A stretch of DNA of 16,360 bases from positions 1 to 16,360 of the forward strand of contig DYFC01000015.1 in NCBI GenBank assembly GCA_020725385.1. The letters run 5' to 3'. The DNA comes from Nitrospira japonica. GTDB taxonomy: Bacteria > Nitrospirota > Thermodesulfovibrionia > Thermodesulfovibrionales > SM23-35. Shown in pieces: positions 1 to 6,367 of this stretch. The notes under the pieces were generated by a model. That model saw only the letters and a list, made by a program, of their open reading frames with translations. It searched no databases and had not been told where the DNA came from. Each line of letters opens with the position of its first letter. Positions within the stretch are counted from its first letter, which is position 1. Made by a program: the position numbers and the translations under genes.

Positions 1-582
1 AAGAATTGTATTGCCAATTTTGATGAATCTACATGTACATATAACATCAATCCTGTAAGTGCGATAGTAGGATATAAGGGCAAAAAGATAAGCGTTAAGG
101 TGACAGCCACTGGCGAGGGTTGTTTGGCGCCGGTTATTAGTTCTGAGCAAAGCTGGATAACAGGGATTGTAAAATCATTCAATAAAAACAGAGGGAATGT
201 TCTTCTGACAGTATCTTCAAACGGAAGTAGCATATTAAGAACCGGAATAGTAGATATTGGTGGACAGACATTTACAGTTACACAAAAGGGAGCGCCGTGT
301 AAAATAAAGAGTATAAATCCTGTCAAAGCATCATTTACAAACATTGGAGGCAGTGGCAACATACAGGTTTTGGCTCCTGATGGTTGTAGCTGGCTTGCCG
401 GGACCGATGCAAAGACCACATGGGTTACGATAGACTCGGGAGCCTCTGGAGTTGGAAACGGGACTGTTACTTATACTGTTGCTCCGAATACAAGCTCTGG
501 TGCTAAGAACAGAGCCGGAAAGATAATAATAACTTCAATTGAAAACAGCAAGAAAACACATACTATAAAGCAGACAAAGTAG
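1..582 (+). CDS. C-terminal part of a secreted/surface protein with two tandem BACON-like Ig-fold domains (5' truncated by window)
   Basis: Frame is open from base 1 (KNCIANFDESTCTYNINPVS...), so the track's start at 100 is not the true start. Two ~90-aa units each begin with C-x-Y/I-x-I-N-P, contain W-I/V-T, a G-x-V-x-x-T-V-x-x-N..R-x-G motif and end in T-V/I-x-Q. Stop TAG at 580-582. Confidence 0.8.
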   Translation, partial: KNCIANFDESTCTYNINPVSAIVGYKGKKISVKVTATGEGCLAPVISSEQSWITGIVKSFNKNRGNVLLTVSSNGSSILRTGIVDIGGQTFTVTQKGAPCKIKSINPVKASFTNIGGSGNIQVLAPDGCSWLAGTDAKTTWVTIDSGASGVGNGTVTYTVAPNTSSGAKNRAGKIIITSIENSKKTHTIKQTK

Positions 583-637
583 GACAGTTAATAATTTAGG
601 TTCTTTTCCAAAAAAGTTGCTGAATAAGTGGACAGAC

Positions 638-690
638 TGTTATTCCCCGACTTGCCTGTCTGCTGTTTTTGTTGCGGGATCGGGGAATCC
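638..690. repeat. REP-like palindrome with a 24-bp internal insert
   Basis: ATTCCCCGA (642-650) and TCGGGGAAT (680-688) are perfect inverted repeats, GC-rich in an AT-rich spacer. Removing 655-678 gives TGTTATTCCCCGACTTGATCGGGGAATCC. Confidence 0.6.
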
Positions 691-869
691 TGGAAAATAT
701 GAAAAATTATTATGTTTATATCCATTGCAGTAATTACAAAGGAAAACCGTATATAGTTGTTACATTTGACATAGTTAAAAGTGTATATGAACATGAAAAG
801 TGACAAAAGAGAGTTTTGGAGCAACTAAATTGGAGAAGAACCAAAAAAAATCAAGGAGGTGATTTGTTT

Positions 870-1100
870 ATGAAGACTACTGTAAGAAGATATATTGGTA
901 AGGTCATGCCCGATGGTCATCTTTCGTTGCCTGAAGATGCAGCCAAGGAAATTGGAAGTGTTTTTGATGTTGTATTAATGCCTATAGAAGAACCTGATGT
1001 TTACAGCTATGCCGAAAGTATCGCCAGAGACAAAGGTTTTGCAGACCTGACAGAGCATGATATCGAGAAGATAATACATGAGTCACGGGGCATTCGTTGA
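870..1100 (+). CDS. Putative type II antitoxin, AbrB/MazE-like N-terminus (76 aa)
   Basis: Strong SD AAGGAGGTGA at 853-862 before ATG 870, favoured over the track's start at 816. GKVMPDGHLSLP resembles the swapped-hairpin motif; acidic C-terminus LTEHDIEKIIHESR. Stop overlaps the PIN gene start (TTGA, 1097-1100). Confidence 0.75.
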   Translation: MKTTVRRYIGKVMPDGHLSLPEDAAKEIGSVFDVVLMPIEEPDVYSYAESIARDKGFADLTEHDIEKIIHESRGIR

Positions 1101-1524
1101 AAAGAGTAGTTCTTGATACAAATGTTACTATCGCTGCCTTTTTCTGGAAAGGGCATCCAAGGGCAGTTTATGATTTAATTCGTGACAGAAAATTTGTTAT
1201 GCTTCTGAGCAATGATATGGAAAAAGAATTTATATCCGGGTTCTTGGTTATTCGAAATTCGGACTTTCTTCAAAAGAAATTCCTCCTTTCATTAGAAATC
1301 TTAGAGGCTATGCAGAGTTTGTTGAAACAACGAGCAGGATTTCTGTGATTGATGCTGATCCTACAGACAATGTCTTTTTTGAATGCGCATTAGATGGTAA
1401 AGCAGACTATATTATTTCAGGAGATAAACACCTGCTTGATTTAGGTTTATACAAAGGCATTCAAATATTGAAAGCAAAAGAGTTCCTTATTAAAGAAGGT
1501 TGCCTAACGGAGAGCGAAACTTAA
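1097..1524 (+). pseudogene. PIN-domain (VapC-like, TIGR00305-type) toxin, frameshifted near 1232-1235
   Basis: First frame gives MKRVVLDTNV...DMEKEF. A second frame from 1234 gives IRVLGYSKF...DADPTDNVFFECALDGKADYIISGDKHLLDL...ET, stop TAA 1522-1524. Deleting one AT from TTTATATCCGG restores a 141-aa protein. Confidence 0.88.
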
Positions 1525-1665
1525 TGAAAGACAACAGTAGCATCCTAACAAGTATATACTGGCAAGGGAAAAGGACAGAGGTAGAAAAGATTTCCCCGCC
1601 CTTTCAGACCATTGAGACCATTAACGAAAGCAGAGTAACAAGGGAGAAGGATAAACTTTTCACGC
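1524..1665 (+). pseudogene. N-terminal remnant resembling a site-specific DNA methyltransferase (type III Mod-like)
   Basis: ATG 1524 overlaps the toxin stop (TAATG). IYWQGKRTEVEKISPPFQTIETINESRVTRE resembles the 'W.GK..V.R..LPFQ.IET.NESR.TRE' N-terminal stretch I recall from Mod-like MTases. The frame then runs into AT-rich non-coding-looking sequence and stops at 1739. End coordinate approximate. Confidence 0.55.
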
Positions 1666-1863
1666 AAATTGGATTATTTATAAAGTTTTTAATATTTGGA
1701 CTAATAACAGTATTTAACCTATCGATTATAATGACTTAATATAGTAATGTTAATTACACCATTTTCAATATATTTGTAACTAAAATCTTAGAAATTTATC
1801 GAAAAGGTTTTAATTTATTATTCCTTTGGTTACAATAATAGTAGAAATTAAGGAAAGTTATAT

Positions 1864-2481
1864 ATGCTAACTACTAAAGAAGCAATTGAGAAAAGGCGAA
1901 GTATAAGGAAATTTAAATCAGATCCTGTGCCTGATGAATATATTAATGAATTGCTCGATGCCGCGCGTCTTGCTCCCTCCGGCTGTAATGCACAACCATG
2001 GCGATTTAGGATAGTCAAGGATAAAGAACAGAAACTACAACTTGCTAATGCAGCGTATCAACAAATGTTTATCGCTAATGCTCCTGTGGTTATTGTGTGT
2101 TGCGCTGATATACAGGGATATATCAATGGTATGGTTTCCGGCATTCAGGACCTCGGGAAAATAAATGCAGTTGAAGGCAGAATTATAAATATACTTAATA
2201 AAAGAGCAGACCAGATGGAAACCCAGTTAAAAACTATGAATAAGGAACAGCTCGGTTCGCGTATTGCTTTCAATGTTGCTATAGCTGTAGAGCATATGGT
2301 TCTCAGAGCACTTGATTTTGGTCTGGGAACTTGCTGGATAAGACTAATAGAGGAGCAGAAAGTGCGGGAAATATTTGGATGGGATGACAATATATTTGTT
2401 GTCGCACTTCTGCCCGTCGGTTATCCCGATGAATCGCCTCTACCAAGAAAACGTCTTACAATAGAACAAATATTAATTTAA
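1864..2481 (+). CDS. Nitroreductase family protein (FMN-dependent)
   Basis: RRSIRKF, LAPSGCNAQPWRF, A..HMVLRALDFGLGTCW, LPVGYP and C-terminal RKRL motifs. Confidence 0.93.
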   Translation: MLTTKEAIEKRRSIRKFKSDPVPDEYINELLDAARLAPSGCNAQPWRFRIVKDKEQKLQLANAAYQQMFIANAPVVIVCCADIQGYINGMVSGIQDLGKINAVEGRIINILNKRADQMETQLKTMNKEQLGSRIAFNVAIAVEHMVLRALDFGLGTCWIRLIEEQKVREIFGWDDNIFVVALLPVGYPDESPLPRKRLTIEQILI

Positions 2482-4232
2482 AAAGTATTCCTCATTATTT
2501 GTCGTTCAGGAACCTGCTTCTTTATAATTTCTCTACTATTGGAATTTTCACGTGGCCGTAACATTGGTTTCACTGAATCTGTTTTAGGCTTCTCGATATG
2601 CTTATCAGGCATTGCTTTTCTTACAACATTGCCGGTTCTTTCTCTGGATTCAGGAATCTTAACGGCTCTTTCAGGGATACGTACACTTTTATCTTTATCG
2701 TGTAACAAAGGTTTTTCTTTTATTTCCTGAGGCATTGAGGGTCTTGTGTGAATCTGTTTTTGTTCATGTTCAATAACTGTTTTTGGCTCGGATTTAGGGA
2801 TATTTATTTTTGGAGCAGGTTTTGGATAATCTGATTTGCGAACATGTATTTCTGCTGGAGGTCTATCATGTCTGAATACAGATATTTTATTGTTTACAGC
2901 CGGCATTCTTTCTTTGATGTTATATTTTTCGTTTTTTTCAATAATATGTTTTTTAGGAAATGACTTTTCATGAACTACTTTAAGTGGATTAGGTATTCTT
3001 GTCTCTCTTATAGGCTTTATTTCCGGTCTTCCGGGAGAAACACGCTCACCGGCTATAAAAGGATTTGAAGGAACATTTTTTAATACAACCTGCCTTCCGG
3101 TAAGAAAAGTGTCGCGATGAACAACAGTAACAGCATTATGTACTTTTGAATTTATATAAATATTAGTTATATTGATGTTTTTAACATTAACTTTGCGCAA
3201 ATTAATGCTATGCGGACCGTAATATCCGTATCCATAATAAACCTCTCCAGGAGCTAAAGGAACCCATGAAACATAAGTAGGAGTATAAATCCATGCCACG
3301 AAACCGGGCGACCAGAAGACTGCATTGACTGCCGGCGGTACCCAGAACCATCCTATACCGACTCTAAAAGCCCATCTTCCATAATGATAAGGAATCCAGC
3401 CCCACGGTTCATATGAAATCCATACATAATCGTCATACATCCATACCCATCTGCCATGCCTGTATGGCGCCCAGGTGCTTACAACCAGTCTTGGTGTCCA
3501 TACATATCCATAATCCGGTGTATATACCCATCGCCCGTATTGATCAAGGTCAGAACAATATCCGCTGAGAGAAGGGGGCAAATACCTTGAGCTTGTACGG
3601 TTACTCAAGAGGAATGAATCTCTTGAGAGGTTCCATGTTTGCCAGTTGTCTTTTGGTCTTCTCGGAAAAATCTCTGCAGAATTTCCCGGGTCAATTCTTA
3701 ACATATTACCTGCTCTAACTTTTGTGGTTCCTGTTTGCGTTTCTACATAAACTGTTCCATCAAAGACAGAAATTTCGGTAGTGTCATTTTCAATCACATT
3801 TATATCAAAACGTGCATCTCCATAAACCATTGCCGAGACTATAGGTGTATCTATCTGTAAGACTGAATCCCTGCTAAAGTAACCTTTATAATTCGCAAAA
3901 ACTCTCCCCTGTGGCAAAGCAATCTGAATAATCCTGTCATCAGCATTCAATGATATTCTGTTTATTTCAATTTCTGTGTTTTCATCAGCCCGAAGATAAG
4001 TAGCGCCTGTAAATTGTAATTCTAATCTTCCGTTATCAGGCACCCATATTTTGTCTCCGTCAGTCACCGGAGTGTTAATAGAAGCCGGAACCCATTCTGA
4101 AGCTGTATCATAAGTCTGGATAAGTACATCTCCTTTTATAAGGCTAATTCGACAATCACCTGTTAGAGCTGCATAGCCGGTTATCGCAAGAACTAAAATA
4201 AAAATTGGAACTATTATTAAAACCTTTTTCAT
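2478..4232 (-). CDS. Exported FecR-domain / DUF6600-like (Trp-Gly-Tyr rich) protein with basic Pro-rich C-terminal tail
   Basis: Signal peptide MKKVLIIVPIFILVLAITGYA; FecR-like beta domain (N.P...GD.IW...GRLELQF); LDQYGRW...YGYVW.P...WAPYRHGRWVW...EPWGWIPYHYGRW; SD AAGGAGG upstream on the minus strand. Confidence 0.8.
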   Translation of the reverse strand: MKKVLIIVPIFILVLAITGYAALTGDCRISLIKGDVLIQTYDTASEWVPASINTPVTDGDKIWVPDNGRLELQFTGATYLRADENTEIEINRISLNADDRIIQIALPQGRVFANYKGYFSRDSVLQIDTPIVSAMVYGDARFDINVIENDTTEISVFDGTVYVETQTGTTKVRAGNMLRIDPGNSAEIFPRRPKDNWQTWNLSRDSFLLSNRTSSRYLPPSLSGYCSDLDQYGRWVYTPDYGYVWTPRLVVSTWAPYRHGRWVWMYDDYVWISYEPWGWIPYHYGRWAFRVGIGWFWVPPAVNAVFWSPGFVAWIYTPTYVSWVPLAPGEVYYGYGYYGPHSINLRKVNVKNINITNIYINSKVHNAVTVVHRDTFLTGRQVVLKNVPSNPFIAGERVSPGRPEIKPIRETRIPNPLKVVHEKSFPKKHIIEKNEKYNIKERMPAVNNKISVFRHDRPPAEIHVRKSDYPKPAPKINIPKSEPKTVIEHEQKQIHTRPSMPQEIKEKPLLHDKDKSVRIPERAVKIPESRERTGNVVRKAMPDKHIEKPKTDSVKPMLRPRENSNSREIIKKQVPERQIMRNTF

Positions 4233-4298
4233 CTTCTTGCCTCCTTTTGTAAAAAACTTATATTTAAATTTTAACTAAATAATCTGTAAATGTATTTA

Positions 4299-4315
4299 CG
4301 CATCTTTTGTGCCAG
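4299..4315 (-). promoter_or_regulatory. Sigma-54 (-24/-12) promoter for the FecR/DUF6600 gene
   Basis: Minus strand reads CTGGCACAAAAGATGCG: exact GG-N10-GC spacing with TGGCAC, about 65 nt upstream of the start codon at 4232. Confidence 0.7.
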
Positions 4316-4340
4316 AAAATAATTCAGATTTATCAAAATG

Positions 4341-4409
4341 TTATTTCTAAGAGCAGGTAGAAATAATTCTTATTTGGGGATATATTTTTCTATTTGGGAA
4401 TAGAAATAA
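4341..4409. promoter_or_regulatory. Paired palindromes TTTCTA-N8-TAGAAA, candidate activator binding sites
   Basis: Copies at 4344-4363 (extends to perfect 9-bp arms TTATTTCTA/TAGAAATAA, 4341-4366) and 4387-4406, 43 bp apart. Direct repeat TATTTGGGrATA at 4371 and 4391. Confidence 0.5.
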
Positions 4410-4500
4410 AAAGAAATTAACTTAAAAATATCGGGCAAAAATTGTTAAAATAACAGACATTGAAAATTATCCATAAAAGATGAGGAGTTAATTAAAAAGT

Positions 4501-5637
4501 ATGATGATTAAGAATTTCTCTATAACCTTAAGGTTATTGCTTTTAATATCGATATTCTCTTTAACTTCCTGTATCGGGCTTGAGGAAAATAAAAAACCTC
4601 CTCTCGGATCCCATGAAGACCTTATACAGCTCACGGACACCGCAATGAAAAAATTCAATCTTCCGGGAGTAATAACAGGCATATGGGTTAATGACAAAGA
4701 GTATTGGCTCTATGCAAAAGGGAAGGGGAATCTGGAAACAGGAGTTGATATAAAGCTTACCGATAGTGTTCGGATCGGCAGTATCACAAAAACTTTTGTT
4801 TCTACAGTAGCATTGCAGCTTGTTGACGAAGGTAAGATCAAACTTGAAGATAAATTATATAAATTCATCCCATCTATTGTTAATTCAAAAGAAATAACTA
4901 TATTACAACTTTTAAATCATACAAACGGTCTTTATGATTTCGAAGAATTAATTTTTTCAGAGCCGATGACTTTTGATCCTTTGAAAAAATGGACAATTCA
5001 GGAACTTCTTGTGAGAGCGCTTTCAAGATCTGTTTATTTTGAACCTGGAAAAGGATGGCATTATTCAAATACAGGGTATATTTTACTTGGAATGATAATA
5101 GAACAGATTACAGGCAATAGTCTCGAAGATGAAGTAAGAAAAAGAATTATCGAGCCGCTCGGACTAAAAAATACTTATTTTCCAAAGACTCCTGATCTTC
5201 AGGGAGAATATGCGCATGGATACTGGGACAGGGATTATCCGGGTGTTTTAAAGGATGTCTCGAGATTTGATACCTCATGTGAATGGGCAGTTGGTTCTAT
5301 GGTTTCCAATCTTTATGACCTTAAAATATGGTCCGATGCTCTTATTAAGGGAAAACTCTTGAGCAAGGAAATGCACCGGCAACAAATGACATGGGTCGAT
5401 ACAGACCCTAAAGACCCTAATTCTATGAAATACGGACTTGGAGTATTCAATATAGGTGGTATGATAGGCCATACAGGTGCGGTTCCGGGTTATGAGACAG
5501 CTATGTTTGCATATCCTGAAAAGGGGATTACTATTATTGTTTTTATAAATCGTTTTGGCCCGAGACTCGATGATTCAAATCTTTTACCGTTACTTAATGA
5601 ATACTTTTTGAGATTGCAAGCAATGGTAGCCAAATGA
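4501..5637 (+). CDS. Serine hydrolase, beta-lactamase class C / D-Ala-D-Ala carboxypeptidase family, probable lipoprotein
   Basis: SxxK (RIGSITK), LLNHTNG, YxN (YSNTGY) and HTG triad (GHTG); lipobox-like LTSC after a hydrophobic stretch; GAGGAG upstream. Confidence 0.9.
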   Translation: MMIKNFSITLRLLLLISIFSLTSCIGLEENKKPPLGSHEDLIQLTDTAMKKFNLPGVITGIWVNDKEYWLYAKGKGNLETGVDIKLTDSVRIGSITKTFVSTVALQLVDEGKIKLEDKLYKFIPSIVNSKEITILQLLNHTNGLYDFEELIFSEPMTFDPLKKWTIQELLVRALSRSVYFEPGKGWHYSNTGYILLGMIIEQITGNSLEDEVRKRIIEPLGLKNTYFPKTPDLQGEYAHGYWDRDYPGVLKDVSRFDTSCEWAVGSMVSNLYDLKIWSDALIKGKLLSKEMHRQQMTWVDTDPKDPNSMKYGLGVFNIGGMIGHTGAVPGYETAMFAYPEKGITIIVFINRFGPRLDDSNLLPLLNEYFLRLQAMVAK

Positions 5638-5692
5638 AAAAGACATTGCTTAAAAAGTTATTTTACCTTGTAATTATGATTTAGATAAAATT

Positions 5693-6367
5693 ATGTCAAG
5701 AATAATATTTGATATTGAAACTGCCGGAAAGGATTTTGAATCCCTTGATGCTTCTGTTCAGGAATATCTTCTTCGCTATGCAGAATCCGAAGAAGAAAAG
5801 GCAGAAGTTAAAGACAGGCTCTCTCTTTATCCCCAGACTGCCGAGATAGTCGCAATCGGAATGCTTGACCCTGAAACTTTGAAAGGTTATGTGTTTTATC
5901 AGAACAAAGGTGAACCGCTTCTTCCTTTCGAAGAAGATGGGATAAGATATGAAACAGGCGATGAAAAAAATATAATTGAAAGATTCTGGAAAATCATCAA
6001 GGAATATAAGAATTTTGTTACCTTTAATGGAAGAGGCTTTGATTGTCCATTTATTTTAATTCGCTCAGCAGTACATAAAATAAAACCAACAAAAGAGCTT
6101 ATGCCCAACAGATATTATGACTCACATATTGATTTACTCGATCAGCTTACTTTTTTTGGGGCAAGCCGTAAAAAATTTAGTCTTGATATGTGGTGCAGAA
6201 CCTTTGGAATAAAAAGTCCCAAACAAAGTGGTATAACGGGTTACGATGTTAAAGAATTCTATAAAAAAGGCAAGTGTCTTGAAATCGCAAGATATTGTGC
6301 TGGAGATTTATTTGCAACCCGTGAACTTCTTTATTACTGGGAAAATTATATTAGGTTCAATATATAG
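5693..6367 (+). CDS. Stand-alone 3'-5' exonuclease, PolB-exo/RNase H-like (DEDDy)
   Basis: ExoI FDIET, ExoII TFNGRGFDCPF, HIDL, ExoIII YCAGD. Confidence 0.88.
   Translation: MSRIIFDIETAGKDFESLDASVQEYLLRYAESEEEKAEVKDRLSLYPQTAEIVAIGMLDPETLKGYVFYQNKGEPLLPFEEDGIRYETGDEKNIIERFWKIIKEYKNFVTFNGRGFDCPFILIRSAVHKIKPTKELMPNRYYDSHIDLLDQLTFFGASRKKFSLDMWCRTFGIKSPKQSGITGYDVKEFYKKGKCLEIARYCAGDLFATRELLYYWENYIRFNI

Noticed and set aside
766-789. TTGACA as the -35 of the TA promoter
   Set aside because: No acceptable -10 at 16-18 bp; TATATG is only 12 bp away.
588-824. 78-aa minus-strand ORF
   Set aside because: Runs through the AT-rich spacer and the palindrome; no recognisable motif or SD.
816-869. Longer N-terminus for the antitoxin given in the ORF track
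   Set aside because: The strong SD at 853-862 points to ATG 870.
1219-1228. Programmed -1 frameshift at G GAA AAA G to rescue the PIN toxin
   Set aside because: Not a proper X XXY YYZ heptamer, and slipping there would remove the conserved Glu of KEF; the AT duplication is the simpler explanation.
4501-5637. Antibiotic-resistance beta-lactamase call
   Set aside because: Motifs support only the broad serine hydrolase family; HTG rather than KTG and a lipobox fit a peptidase or esterase equally well.
2478-6367. Convergent gene ends overlapping (2478-2481 and 6357-6367) as antisense regulation
   Set aside because: Short stop-codon overlaps are common in compact AT-rich genomes; no further evidence.
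5693-6367. Exonuclease as part of a defence, CRISPR or prophage system
   Set aside because: No cas genes, repeat array, phage genes or partner ORFs nearby; stand-alone members of this family are widespread.
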